From contig JAQVKM010000004.1 of the NCBI GenBank assembly GCA_028694645.1, positions 79,365-143,364 on the forward strand: a stretch of DNA of 64,000 nucleotides, written 5' to 3'. Positions 9,076-19,475 of this stretch are shown one piece after another. The notes beneath the pieces are model-generated. The model did no database searches. It saw nothing but the letters and a program-made list of their open reading frames with translations, and was not told the DNA's origin. The stretch is from Bacilli bacterium. Lineage in GTDB: Bacteria > Bacillota_I > Bacilli_A > RF39 > UBA660. The stretch's first letter is position 1; each line of letters begins with the position of its first letter. The position numbers and the translations under genes are program-made.

Positions 9076-10311
9076 ATGCCAGCATGCAAAACACATGAAG
9101 CAATAGCTAGAATAATAAACAAAGATTATAATATGGACGACATTTTATTAAGAGTTGGATCTGTTGCTCCTGATTGTTGGAGAAACGCAAAAGAATTTGG
9201 TTTTGAAGACAAATATTTAAGTCATTTTTGGGATTTTAGAAAATCAGGTATAGCAAATGATTATGATGAGTTTTATTTGAAATATTATAACGAAATAAAT
9301 AATCCATTTTATTTTGGATATTTATTACATTTAATCACTGATCAATATTGGAAAACTTATATTGATCCAAAATATGAAATAACGATAAATGGAATTAAAG
9401 GTTATAAATTAAGAGATGGAAGTTTTAAAGAAAATATAAAGGGAGAGTATTTTTATTATCATGATGATTCTATTTTACAGGTTCTTTTAGCTAATCATTT
9501 TGATTTAGGAGAATTACCAATTAATCAAGATGATTTAGCTAATTTTAAATGTAATATAGATGAATTAGATTTAACAGGGCTATTTGGAGAAAATTGTACA
9601 TTGGATTTTGCCAATAACTTTAAAAAACAAAAATTTAATGAAACATCACAAATTTTTGATTTAGACGTAGTTATAAAAGATCTATTCAAAACCTGCGATT
9701 TTATAAAAAAAGAGATAAAAAGACTTGAATTGATGAAAATTAAATATGATCAAAGCATTAAAATAGCTATTGATATAGATGATACAATGTTATCAACAAC
9801 GGAATTGCAAAGTTATTATGAGAATGTATTTCTAAATGAAAATCCTCAATACACAAGAAGTGATTTAGATTGGGGAAAAGAAGGATGTATTAAATTTTGG
9901 GATAAGTATAGGCCATTAATTGCATTTGGTAGTCCAAAAGAAAATGCAGATAAGGCTATAAAATGGTTTAAAGGAAAAGGCTATTTAACTGATGCATTAT
10001 CAGCTCGCCCGTTAAAAAATTATGCTCCATTAAAATCTGACTTAGTTCATCACTTGGATAAAAATGGATTATGCGTTGATCACATATATTTAGGATTTCA
10101 TTCAAAATCACAATTTTTAAAAGATCACAATTATGATATATTAATTGATAATGATATTAAAAATGTTGAACAAGCAAATTATGTAGGTGTAAGTGGCATT
10201 TTATATGGAGAATATAATCCAAATTATTTAGGATATCAAACGAATGATTGGGAAGAAATGCCTTTTTTAGTCCAAAAAATCATTAATAATAAAATAAAAC
10301 AATTGCAATGA
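9076..10311 (+). CDS. two-domain protein: N-terminal metal-dependent hydrolase-like domain fused to C-terminal HAD-family (5'-nucleotidase-like) domain
   Basis: C-terminal half has the HAD motif I AIDIDDTM. N-half has His/Asp clusters (HLITDQYW). GAGG RBS 11 nt before the ATG at 9076. Confidence 0.5.
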   Translation: MPACKTHEAIARIINKDYNMDDILLRVGSVAPDCWRNAKEFGFEDKYLSHFWDFRKSGIANDYDEFYLKYYNEINNPFYFGYLLHLITDQYWKTYIDPKYEITINGIKGYKLRDGSFKENIKGEYFYYHDDSILQVLLANHFDLGELPINQDDLANFKCNIDELDLTGLFGENCTLDFANNFKKQKFNETSQIFDLDVVIKDLFKTCDFIKKEIKRLELMKIKYDQSIKIAIDIDDTMLSTTELQSYYENVFLNENPQYTRSDLDWGKEGCIKFWDKYRPLIAFGSPKENADKAIKWFKGKGYLTDALSARPLKNYAPLKSDLVHHLDKNGLCVDHIYLGFHSKSQFLKDHNYDILIDNDIKNVEQANYVGVSGILYGEYNPNYLGYQTNDWEEMPFLVQKIINNKIKQLQ

Positions 10312-10378
10312 TATTAAATATTAAGTATAATAAGAGCAATTAGAAAAAATATAGTGATTATAGAAAGTAGGTATAAAT

Positions 10379-10840
10379 ATGGAAGGCCTTATATATAAAG
10401 AAGAAGACATATATAAAAAACTAAAAGAATTTAAATACAAATTTCCAATGACTGTTTGCTGGAGACTTAGAAAACATGCACAAATAATAGCTCTTCACTT
10501 AAATCCGGGAGAACATATAAAATATATATTTGCAGCTCAAAAAAATGATAACCCATTTGATATAATTTCAACATATGCTGTTGTTTTAACAAATAAAAGG
10601 ATTTTGTTAGCATCAAAAAGAATGTTGTTTGGATACTTTTTTACAGCTATTACACCAGATATGTTTAATGATATTGAAGTTAAAATGGGACTTATTTGGG
10701 GAAAAGTAGTTATAGATACAGTAAAAGAAGTTGTTACATTATCAAATATCCAAAGAGAAGCATTAGATGATATAGAAACAAATGTAACAGAATATATGAT
10801 GGATGAAAAACAAAAATATTTTGGAAAGAGTCGTTGTTGA
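10379..10840 (+). CDS. bacterial PH-domain (YokE/YdbT-like) protein, putative
   Basis: 153 aa. The pattern TNKRILLASKRMLFGYF...VKMGLIWGKVVIDT is typical of bPH_2. Confidence 0.4.
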   Translation: MEGLIYKEEDIYKKLKEFKYKFPMTVCWRLRKHAQIIALHLNPGEHIKYIFAAQKNDNPFDIISTYAVVLTNKRILLASKRMLFGYFFTAITPDMFNDIEVKMGLIWGKVVIDTVKEVVTLSNIQREALDDIETNVTEYMMDEKQKYFGKSRC

Positions 10841-10886
10841 TTCTTTTTTTTATGAAAATATGATATAATTTAGGCAAGGTGATATT

Positions 10887-11912
10887 ATGGAAAAGAAAAC
10901 AATATTAACAGGAATAAGACCAACTGGTAATTTGCACTTAGGTCATTACTTTGGTGCTGTAAAAAATTGGGTATTATTACAAGATGAATATGAGTCATAT
11001 ATTGAAATAGCTGATGTTCAAGGATTAACAGATAATTTTAACAATCCTGAAAAAGTAAAAATAAATGTTAAAGAATTAACTATGGATTTGCTAGCAGTTG
11101 GAATAAATCCTGATAAAGCAACACTTTTTATACAATCAATGATTCCAGAAATAGCAGAACTTACAATTTACTACTCAAATTTAGTAACAGTATCAAGACT
11201 TTTTCGTAATCCGACAGTTAAAACAGAAGTAAAGCAAAAAAAAGAATTGTTTGGAGAAAATGGAGAAAGTATTACATATGGTTTTCTTGGATATCCAGTA
11301 AGTCAAGCTGCCGATATCACAGCATTTAATGGGCAATTAGTTCCGGTAGGAGAAGATCAATTACCATTAATCGAACAATGTAGAGAAATAGTAAGAAAAT
11401 TTAATTCAATATATGGTGCAACATTAAATGAACCAGAAGCATTACTTAGCAAAAATGCTAGAATAAAAGGATTAGATGGAAATGAAAAAATGGGAAAAAG
11501 TTTAGGCAACGCTATTAATTTGATTGATAAAGAAGATGTGATTTCAAAAAAAATAATGAGTGCAGTAACAGATCCAAACAAAATTAAAAAAGATGATCCT
11601 GCTAATCCAGAAATTTGTATGGTATATTATTATCATAAATTAATGGAAAGTGAAAATATAGAAAATATATGTAGCGAATGTAAAAATGGTCTTAGAGGTT
11701 GTGTTGCATGTAAAAAAGAATTAATAAATGAAATGCTAGATTTTTTAAAACCAATTCAAGAAAAAAGAGAATATTATGAAAATAATCCAGAAATTGTAGA
11801 TCAAATATTAATTGATGGAACAAACAAAGCGAGAAACAAAGCTAAAAAAACGATAGAAGAAGTTAAAAACAATATGCGAATAAACTATTTTAAAAAAAGC
11901 AACATTTTATAA
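10887..11912 (+). CDS. trpS: tryptophanyl-tRNA synthetase with C-terminal Cys cluster
   Basis: Class I HIGH-like TGNLHLGH and KMSKS-like KMGKS. 341 aa. Confidence 0.9.
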   Translation: MEKKTILTGIRPTGNLHLGHYFGAVKNWVLLQDEYESYIEIADVQGLTDNFNNPEKVKINVKELTMDLLAVGINPDKATLFIQSMIPEIAELTIYYSNLVTVSRLFRNPTVKTEVKQKKELFGENGESITYGFLGYPVSQAADITAFNGQLVPVGEDQLPLIEQCREIVRKFNSIYGATLNEPEALLSKNARIKGLDGNEKMGKSLGNAINLIDKEDVISKKIMSAVTDPNKIKKDDPANPEICMVYYYHKLMESENIENICSECKNGLRGCVACKKELINEMLDFLKPIQEKREYYENNPEIVDQILIDGTNKARNKAKKTIEEVKNNMRINYFKKSNIL

Positions 11913-12078
11913 AAATGATTATATTTAAAATAAATATCAATATAATACCGACATTAATTTAAAAATATAATATAAATTGTAAAACAAAAATCAAATTTCT
12001 TACAATAAAATTATTTGATATTGAAAAAACAACAACAAATTTGATATAATGTTATAAGAATAAAAAGGAGCTGTAAAT

Positions 12079-12819
12079 ATGGAAAAAATTTTTGTGTATG
12101 ATGCAAGCGATAATAAAGTAGAAGTTGATCTTGTAAAATATTTTAAACATAAATATACTGAATATTTCATATATACGGTTCACGAAAAAGATGAAAAAGG
12201 TTATGTGAAATTATATGTTGTTAAAATAATGAAAGAATTAGGTATAACAGTAAGTCAAAATATTACAGAAGAAGATGATTGGAATTTATTGGAAAGCATA
12301 GTTAAACAAATGATAAAAGAAATAAAAAAAGATAAAATAAAATCATTTGTTGATTTAAATAGTGAAAAATTAAATAATATAAGAATTAAGAAAGCTCGCT
12401 TTTTTAAACTAGATCCTAAATTAGTAGAAATGTTAAATACAAATCAATTTGAAAAAGCCAATAAAGAAGAAACTGAAAAAATAATTAATGAAATGAAAAC
12501 AAATGATTTATTTGATAATCAAAATCAAGATTTTGAATTATTATATTTAAATATAAAAAAAGAAAAAGATACTTTGGATGTTGTGTTATCAAATATGTTA
12601 ATGAAATTAACAGAATATCGATTAAAATATGGAAGAATAGATATTAGTGAAAAAGAAATACCTAAAATAGAAATTAAAGATCTAAAAGAACCAATAAGTG
12701 AAGATGATTACGAAACTAAATATGTAAAAATAAAAAAAGAAAAAGAAGCGTTAGATGTTGTATTAGCCAATATGTTAATGCAATTAACAGAATATCGATT
12801 AAAATATGAAAATAAGTAA
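12079..12819 (+). CDS. hypothetical protein with internal 26-aa tandem repeat
   Basis: Extended -10 promoter plus AAAGGAG RBS. The unit IKKEK..LDVVL.NMLM.LTEYRLKY occurs twice. Confidence 0.6.
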   Translation: MEKIFVYDASDNKVEVDLVKYFKHKYTEYFIYTVHEKDEKGYVKLYVVKIMKELGITVSQNITEEDDWNLLESIVKQMIKEIKKDKIKSFVDLNSEKLNNIRIKKARFFKLDPKLVEMLNTNQFEKANKEETEKIINEMKTNDLFDNQNQDFELLYLNIKKEKDTLDVVLSNMLMKLTEYRLKYGRIDISEKEIPKIEIKDLKEPISEDDYETKYVKIKKEKEALDVVLANMLMQLTEYRLKYENK

Positions 12820-12820
12820 A

Positions 12821-12841
12821 AGAGTGAGAACTCTTTTTTTG
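12821..12841 (+). terminator. rho-independent terminator
   Basis: AGAGTgagaACTCT stem followed by T7. Confidence 0.6.
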
Positions 12842-12856
12842 TTAAAAATATTTAAC

Positions 12857-12885
12857 TTGACTATAATATATTAGAATATTATAAT
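12857..12885 (+). promoter_or_regulatory. sigma-A type promoter (TTGACT-17-TATAAT) for PFOR gene
   Basis: Consensus hexamers with 17-nt spacing ~30 nt upstream of the ATG. Confidence 0.5.
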
Positions 12886-12911
12886 ATACTTATATAGAAA
12901 GAAGGGAATAT

Positions 12912-15900
12912 ATGAAAAAAATAATGGATGGAAATAAAGCATGTAGTAGAGTTGCATATTTATTTACAGAAGTTTCAGGAGTATATCCAATTACACCATC
13001 ATCACCAATGGCAGAAAACATCGAAGAATTAAGTAGTGATGATGAAAAAAATTTGTTTGATGATAAAGTAAAAGTAATTCAAATGCAAAGTGAAGCCGGC
13101 GCAGCAGGAATGATGCATGGTTCTTTACAAGCTGGAGCTTTAACATCAACATATACAGCTTCACAAGGATTATTACTCATGATTCCAAATATGTATAAAA
13201 TTGCGGGGGAAATGTTACCGGGAGTTATGCATGTTGCAGCTAGAAGTTTATCGACACATGCTCTTTCAATATTTGGAGATCATCAAGATATATATGCAAC
13301 AAGACAAACAGGATTTGCCATTTTAGCTTCCTCATCAGTTCAACAAGTTGCAGATTTAACATCAGTAGCACATACGTCAGCTTTAAAATCATCATTACCG
13401 TTTTTACATTTTTTTGATGGTTTTAGAACATCGCATGAATTACAAAAAATCGAAATAATTGATAAAGATGATTATAAAAATTTACTTGACAGTGAAGATG
13501 TTAAAAAATTTAGAAATAAAGCTTTAAATCCTCTTAATCCTCAAACAAAAGGTACAGCTCAAAATGATGATATATATTTTCAAGCAACTGAAGTTAGAAA
13601 TAAGGATTATGAATCATTAGCTGATATAGTTAATTTAGAGCTGGAAAAAATAAACAAAATTCGTAATACTGAATATAAACCCTTCAATTATTATGGAAAC
13701 CCAACAGCTACAAAAATAATAATAGCAATGGGTTCTGTTTGTGAAACAATAAAAGAAACAATAGATAAATTAGATGATAGTATTGGTTTAATTGAAGTTC
13801 ATCTTTATCGACCATTTAGCAGTAAATATTTAAAACAAATATTACCACAAACAGTTAATAAAATAGCTGTTTTAGATAGAACAAAAGAAGCTGGATCAAG
13901 TGGAGAACCATTATATTTAGATATAGTTAATTGCTTAAAAGATTCAAATATTGAGATAGTTGGCGGAAGATATGGTCTTTCAAGTAAAAATACAACTCCA
14001 GCTATGATAAAAGCAGTATATGATATGTTAAATCAACCAAAAAACAATTTTACAATTGGTATAGATGATGATGTAACAAATTTAAGCTTAAAATATGATG
14101 AAAATTATATTTTAAAAAATAGCCGTGAAATATTAATATATGGATATGGGTCAGATGGAATGGTTACAGCAGCTAAATCTATAATTGAATTAATAGGAGA
14201 AAATACAGAACAATATGTTCAAGGTTATTTTCAATATGATTCAAAAAAATCAGGTGGAGTAACTGTTTCACATTTAAGGTTTAGTGATAAAGAAATTAGA
14301 TCGACTTATTATGTGGAAAATCCAAGTGTTGTGGTTCTAACAAAAGAAAGTTATTTAAATAATATAGATGTTTTAGAAAAAATAGAAGAAAATGGTATAT
14401 TTATACTTAATACAAATAAAAGTCCAGAAATATTGTGGCAAGAATTAAGTGAAAACATTAAAAATATTATTATAAAAAGAAAAATCAATTTATATACTAT
14501 AGATGCTAACAAAATAGCACAAAAAAATAATATTAAAAATAAAATTAGTTTAATTATGGAAACTGCTATTATTAAAATTACTGATTTATTAGAATACGAT
14601 GAATATGAAAAAGATATATATAATTACTTATTAAAAAAATTCAAAAATAAAGATTATAAAATAGTTGAATATAATATGAAAGCTATAGAAGAAACAAAAA
14701 ACGAAATTAAAAAAATTAATATTAATTATGAAGATGAAAAATCAAATTATGATAACAAAATGCTTAATTTTATGGAAATGGTTAATAATAGAAAAGGCGA
14801 TAATTTAAAAGTTTCGGCATTTTTAGATAAAAAAAATGGTACTTTTGAAGCTGGAACAAGCGATTATGAAAAAAGAATGATAAGTGAGAAAGTCCCTAAA
14901 TATTTAAAAGAAAACTGCATTCAATGTAATCAATGCTCATTTGTATGCCCTCATGGTGTAATTAGACCGTATATGTTGACAGAAGAAGAATATAATTTAG
15001 CTCCTTCTTATGTTAAAGAAAAATGTATTAAAGCATTAGATATTAATTATCCAAATCATTATTTTGTTATTGGAATTTCAATTAAAGACTGTACAGGATG
15101 TGGACTTTGTGTTAATGTTTGTCCAGGCAAAAGAGGTGAAAAAGCCTTAATGTTTGCAGATATTCTAAGCGAAATTGATAATAATTCAGATAAAGTATTT
15201 GAGTATTTATCAAATAACATAAAACCAAAAAACAATTTAAATTTAAATACAATTAAAGGAACACAGTTTAAAGAGCCAAAATTTGCATTTAGTGGAGCAT
15301 GCGCAGGCTGTGGAGAAACCCCATATATTAAACTATTAACGCAAATGTTTGGTGAAAGTATGATTATAGCTAATGCAACTGGATGCTCATCAATTTATGG
15401 TGCAAGTGTTCCATCAACACCATATAAAGTTCCTTGGGCATCTTCACTATTTGAAGACAATGCTGAATATGGATATGGGATTTTGATAGGTAATAATGTA
15501 ATTAGAGATAGAATAAAAAATATAATGAAAAAACCAACTCAAAATGAAAAAAACAATCAACTTTTTGAAGAATGGTTAAATAATATTAATGATTATCAAA
15601 TTACAAAAAAAGTATATGATGAATTAAACTATGATGATGTTTCAGAAGAGTTAATAAAATTAAAAGATTATATACCATATAGAATGGTATTTACAATAGG
15701 AGGAGATGGATGGGCTTACGATATTGGTTATGGGGGAATAGATCATGTTCTATCTTCTAATGACAATATTAATATTTTAGTATTAGATACTCAAGTATAT
15801 TCTAATACAGGAGGACAATCATCTAAATCAACACCAGAAGCTAGTATTGCAGTATTCAATTCCAAAGGTAAAAATCAAAATAAAAAAGATTTAGCCAAGA

Positions 15901-16328
15901 TGGCTTTAGCTTATCCTCATGTATATGTAGCTCAAGTTTCATTAGGATATAATGGAGCTCAATTAATAAAATCATTTAATGAAGCAGCAAAATATGACGG
16001 ACCATCTATAATAATTGCATATTCTCCATGTATTGAACATGGTATTGAAGGCGGAATGGAAAACAGTATTTACATGGAAAAGTTAGCAACAGAATCAGGG
16101 TATTTTCCAATTTTTAGATATAATCCACAAAATAAAAAATTTACTTTAGATAGTAAAAATGTTAATTTTGACTTATATAATGAATTTTTAAATAAACAAA
16201 GTAGATTTAAAATGTTAAAACAAATAAATCCAAATTATGCTGATGAATTAATAAAATTAAATATTGAAAATGCTAAGATAAGATATGAATATTATCAAAA
16301 ACTTGATAAGGAGAGTAACAATGAATGA
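12912..16328 (+). CDS. nifJ: pyruvate:ferredoxin (flavodoxin) oxidoreductase
   Basis: 1138 aa. Ferredoxin-type CxxCxxCxxxCP motifs are present twice. TPP-binding GGDGWAYDIGYGG. Confidence 0.95.
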   Translation: MKKIMDGNKACSRVAYLFTEVSGVYPITPSSPMAENIEELSSDDEKNLFDDKVKVIQMQSEAGAAGMMHGSLQAGALTSTYTASQGLLLMIPNMYKIAGEMLPGVMHVAARSLSTHALSIFGDHQDIYATRQTGFAILASSSVQQVADLTSVAHTSALKSSLPFLHFFDGFRTSHELQKIEIIDKDDYKNLLDSEDVKKFRNKALNPLNPQTKGTAQNDDIYFQATEVRNKDYESLADIVNLELEKINKIRNTEYKPFNYYGNPTATKIIIAMGSVCETIKETIDKLDDSIGLIEVHLYRPFSSKYLKQILPQTVNKIAVLDRTKEAGSSGEPLYLDIVNCLKDSNIEIVGGRYGLSSKNTTPAMIKAVYDMLNQPKNNFTIGIDDDVTNLSLKYDENYILKNSREILIYGYGSDGMVTAAKSIIELIGENTEQYVQGYFQYDSKKSGGVTVSHLRFSDKEIRSTYYVENPSVVVLTKESYLNNIDVLEKIEENGIFILNTNKSPEILWQELSENIKNIIIKRKINLYTIDANKIAQKNNIKNKISLIMETAIIKITDLLEYDEYEKDIYNYLLKKFKNKDYKIVEYNMKAIEETKNEIKKININYEDEKSNYDNKMLNFMEMVNNRKGDNLKVSAFLDKKNGTFEAGTSDYEKRMISEKVPKYLKENCIQCNQCSFVCPHGVIRPYMLTEEEYNLAPSYVKEKCIKALDINYPNHYFVIGISIKDCTGCGLCVNVCPGKRGEKALMFADILSEIDNNSDKVFEYLSNNIKPKNNLNLNTIKGTQFKEPKFAFSGACAGCGETPYIKLLTQMFGESMIIANATGCSSIYGASVPSTPYKVPWASSLFEDNAEYGYGILIGNNVIRDRIKNIMKKPTQNEKNNQLFEEWLNNINDYQITKKVYDELNYDDVSEELIKLKDYIPYRMVFTIGGDGWAYDIGYGGIDHVLSSNDNINILVLDTQVYSNTGGQSSKSTPEASIAVFNSKGKNQNKKDLAKMALAYPHVYVAQVSLGYNGAQLIKSFNEAAKYDGPSIIIAYSPCIEHGIEGGMENSIYMEKLATESGYFPIFRYNPQNKKFTLDSKNVNFDLYNEFLNKQSRFKMLKQINPNYADELIKLNIENAKIRYEYYQKLDKESNNE

Positions 16329-17172
16329 TGTAATAGTAATTGGAGCAGGCCCTGCTGGAGTATCTATCAGCTTATATTTAAAAAGAAGCAATAAAAAAGT
16401 GTTGGTTTTTGATTCTAAAGAAAGTAACTTATTCAAAGCACATCAAATTGAAAATTACTATGGAATAAAAAGTATTAGTGGAAAAGATTTATATCAAGAA
16501 GGAATAAATCAATTAAACAATTTAGAAATTCCAATTAAATTTGAGGAAGTTGTTAAATTAGAAAAAGAAGAAAACTTTAAAATATATACAAATAATGGTG
16601 AATACGAAAGTAAAGCAGTTGTAATAGCTACAGGATTAAAAAGAGGAAATTCTAATTTAAATGCAAAAGAATATGAAGGAAAAGGACTTAGCTATTGTGC
16701 AACATGTGATGGCTTTTTCTATAAAAATAAAAAACTCGCAGTTGTTGGAAATTCTAGTCTCGCATATGATGAAATAAAGTATTTAAAAAATATAACAAAT
16801 AATATAGTTTTATTAACAAATAATAAAGAACAAAAAGAAAATTTTAATGAACTAAATATTGAAATAGTTACTGATGAAATAAAAAATATAATCGGTGCTG
16901 AAAAAGTTCAAGGGATAATGCTTAAAAATGAAGAAGTTGTACAAGTTGATGGCATTTTCATTGCAGAAAGTTTATCCGCTACTGTTTTTAATAGGACTCT
17001 AGGATTAGAAATGAATAAGAATTATATTAAAGTTGATGATACATATCAAACAAACATAACAGGTTTATATGCTATTGGAGACATAATTGGTGAGCCTCTT
17101 CAAATTGGTAAGGCAGTAAGCGATGGAATAAAGGCGAGTAGTTTCATATCTAAATTCTTAAAAGAGAAATAA
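16321..17172 (+). CDS. trxB: thioredoxin-disulfide reductase-like flavoprotein
   Basis: FAD motif VIVIGAGPAG and redox CATCDG. AGGAG RBS 9 nt upstream of the ATG at 16321. Confidence 0.75.
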   Translation: MNDVIVIGAGPAGVSISLYLKRSNKKVLVFDSKESNLFKAHQIENYYGIKSISGKDLYQEGINQLNNLEIPIKFEEVVKLEKEENFKIYTNNGEYESKAVVIATGLKRGNSNLNAKEYEGKGLSYCATCDGFFYKNKKLAVVGNSSLAYDEIKYLKNITNNIVLLTNNKEQKENFNELNIEIVTDEIKNIIGAEKVQGIMLKNEEVVQVDGIFIAESLSATVFNRTLGLEMNKNYIKVDDTYQTNITGLYAIGDIIGEPLQIGKAVSDGIKASSFISKFLKEK

Positions 17173-17174
17173 AC

Positions 17175-17441
17175 ATGAAAAAAGATGTAAAAGAATTAAC
17201 AAGAATATTTGATGTTTTATCCAATGAAGTTAGATTATGTATTTTGCTAAAATTAATGAATGAAGAGGAAAAAAATGTAACATATTTACAACAATGTACT
17301 AATGTTTCACAATCTATGGTCTCACAACAATTAGCCAAATTAAAAGCACAAGGAATTATAACTTGCAAAAAACAAGGAAATGAAGTACATTATCGAATAA
17401 AAGATAATAAAATTAAAGATATGTTAAAAATGTTTGTATAA
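17175..17441 (+). CDS. ArsR/SmtB-family transcriptional regulator
   Basis: 88 aa with winged-HTH; LSNEVRLCILLKL...VSQQLAKLKAQGII. Confidence 0.75.
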   Translation: MKKDVKELTRIFDVLSNEVRLCILLKLMNEEEKNVTYLQQCTNVSQSMVSQQLAKLKAQGIITCKKQGNEVHYRIKDNKIKDMLKMFV

Positions 17442-17488
17442 TAAAGATACAAGTTAATTAAATGCTTATTTAAAATATAATAATATTA

Positions 17489-17512
17489 AAACTTACATAT
17501 GTAAGTTTTTTT
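17489..17512 (+). terminator. rho-independent terminator
   Basis: Perfect palindrome AACTTACATATGTAAGTT followed by a T-run. Confidence 0.65.
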
Positions 17513-17558
17513 AATATATTGAATGGCCATCACGCATAAAATTTAATGAGGTGAATAT

Positions 17559-18458
17559 ATGAAAAATGAAATACAATACTATTATGGTATTATTGCAGAT
17601 AATATTCGCCTATCAAATGATAACTATGAATTTGTATCAAATGAACAATATTATGTTTTATATCGTTGTGAAGAAACATATAATCTTGAAAAAATATATA
17701 ACATAAATCAATTATTAATAAATCAAAATATATATAACCATATAATAGTAAAAAATATTAATAATCAAATTATAACAATAATTAATAATAAAAACTATGT
17801 TTTAATGAAGATGTATGATGATATGAAAAAAAAAATAACATTAGAAGATATAATTAAATTTAACTATATAACTACATCTTTACAAAAAGAAAATGTAAAT
17901 TGGAAAAATTTATGGAGCAACAAGATTGATTATTTTGAACAACAAGTAAATCAAGCTGGAATAAAATATCCATTAATCAGAGAAAGTATAAGTTATTATA
18001 TAGGTTTAGCTGAAACAGCTATTTCATTAATGAACCAGATAAACAAAGTATCTTTTTGTATTTGCCATAGAAGAATAAATAAAGATAGTACATTTTTTGA
18101 TTTATTCAATCCATTTAATCTTATATTTGACACAAAAGTTCGCGATGTTTGTGAATATTTTAAAAGTCTTTTCTTTAATAAAGAAAGTGATAAAGAAAAA
18201 ATAATTTTATATATTTTAAATTATTTAAAATCATCTAATTTAGATATAGAAGAAATACAACTTTTCTTTATTCGCATGTTATATCATACACCATATTTTG
18301 ATCTTTATGAAAAAATCATTGATCAAAGTATTGAAGAAACAGAAATAACAACAATAATCAATTCAAACTTAGAATATGAAAAAATAATTAAAGATATATA
18401 TATTTATATAAGAAAAAAAAATATACTACCAGAAATAGAGTGGATAAAAAAAATATAG
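17559..18458 (+). CDS. hypothetical protein (possibly CotS/YutH-like kinase-fold spore-coat family; weak)
   Basis: 299-aa ORF with GAGGTGA RBS. No decisive motifs. Confidence 0.45.
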   Translation: MKNEIQYYYGIIADNIRLSNDNYEFVSNEQYYVLYRCEETYNLEKIYNINQLLINQNIYNHIIVKNINNQIITIINNKNYVLMKMYDDMKKKITLEDIIKFNYITTSLQKENVNWKNLWSNKIDYFEQQVNQAGIKYPLIRESISYYIGLAETAISLMNQINKVSFCICHRRINKDSTFFDLFNPFNLIFDTKVRDVCEYFKSLFFNKESDKEKIILYILNYLKSSNLDIEEIQLFFIRMLYHTPYFDLYEKIIDQSIEETEITTIINSNLEYEKIIKDIYIYIRKKNILPEIEWIKKI

Positions 18459-18460
18459 GC

Positions 18461-18706
18461 CTAACCTATATTTATAACTTCTATAACTGATGGAACTTCT
18501 TCTTTAATTGCCATTTCAATGCCATCTTTTAGTGTTAAACTAAGCATTTCACAATTTGCACAAGCGCCTTTCATTTTAATATATACAATATTATCTTCAT
18601 ATTTGATAAATTCAATATTACCTCCATCATTTACCAAAAAAGGTCTTAATTTATCAATTATTTCAATAATTTTAGTTGTATTTTCATTTATTAATTTTTC
18701 TTCCAT
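18461..18706 (-). CDS. NifU-like (Nfu) Fe-S cluster assembly domain protein
   Basis: 81 aa. GGNIEFIKYEDNIVYIKMKGACANCEMLSLTLK matches the Nfu C-terminal domain. Confidence 0.75.
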   Translation of the reverse strand: MEEKLINENTTKIIEIIDKLRPFLVNDGGNIEFIKYEDNIVYIKMKGACANCEMLSLTLKDGIEMAIKEEVPSVIEVINIG

Positions 18707-18800
18707 TTAAATCACCTAATACAATTATAACTTATAACATTGTTTTAGTAAACTCTTTTTATTTATTAATAATTATGTTATAATTCTTTTGGGTGGTGCT

Positions 18801-19181
18801 ATGAAGACATATGAAATAGGAAATACCATAAAAGTAACTGTTAGTGGAATGGAAACGTATGGTATTTTCGTTAAAACAAACGATGATTGGACAGGATTGA
18901 TTCATATATCTGAAATATCAACAAAGTATGTTAGAAATATTAGTGACTATGTTAAAGAAGATGAAATTATTAAGGCTAAAATAATAGATGTTGATAACGA
19001 TAAAAAGAAATTAACTTTAAGCATAAAAGATGTGCCATATAAGTTTAGAACAAAATATCATTCAAGTAAAATTATTGAAACTAAGCTTGGTTTTAAAACT
19101 TTAGCTTATAAGTTACCGTTTTGGATTGAAGAAAATTTAAAAAACAGTAAAAAAAAAATAAATTCTATTGACAAACAATAA
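18801..19181 (+). CDS. S1 RNA-binding domain protein (YugI / general stress protein 13-like)
   Basis: S1 fold GNTIKVTVSGMETYGIFVK...GLIHISEIS. GGGTGGTG RBS before the ATG at 18801. Confidence 0.8.
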   Translation: MKTYEIGNTIKVTVSGMETYGIFVKTNDDWTGLIHISEISTKYVRNISDYVKEDEIIKAKIIDVDNDKKKLTLSIKDVPYKFRTKYHSSKIIETKLGFKTLAYKLPFWIEENLKNSKKKINSIDKQ

Positions 19182-19215
19182 TGAAGATGGTATATTTATA
19201 ACTGTCTAGTGAAAA

Positions 19216-19292
19216 GGGCGATTAGCTCAGTTGGTTAGAGCACCTGCCTTACAAGCAGGGGGTCATAGGTTCGAGTCCTATATCGCCCACCA
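19216..19292 (+). tRNA. tRNA-Val(TAC)
   Basis: Cloverleaf with anticodon loop CTTACAA. CCA is encoded. Confidence 0.9.
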
Positions 19293-19296
19293 TTTT

Positions 19297-19372
<76 letters not shown>

Positions 19373-19379
19373 TTATTTT

Positions 19380-19463
19380 GGAAGGGTAGCGAAGAGGTTA
19401 AACGCGGCAGACTGTAAATCTGTTCCTTCGGGTTCGATGGTTCGAATCCATCTCCTTCCACCA
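19380..19463 (+). tRNA. tRNA-Tyr(GTA)
   Basis: Anticodon loop CTGTAAA. Long variable arm. CCA end. Confidence 0.9.
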
Positions 19464-19475
19464 TAATTTTTTTAT

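Noticed and set aside
10841-10886. Possible T-box leader upstream of trpS
   Set aside because: The leader is only ~46 nt with just a promoter and RBS. There is no room for a specifier or antiterminator structure.
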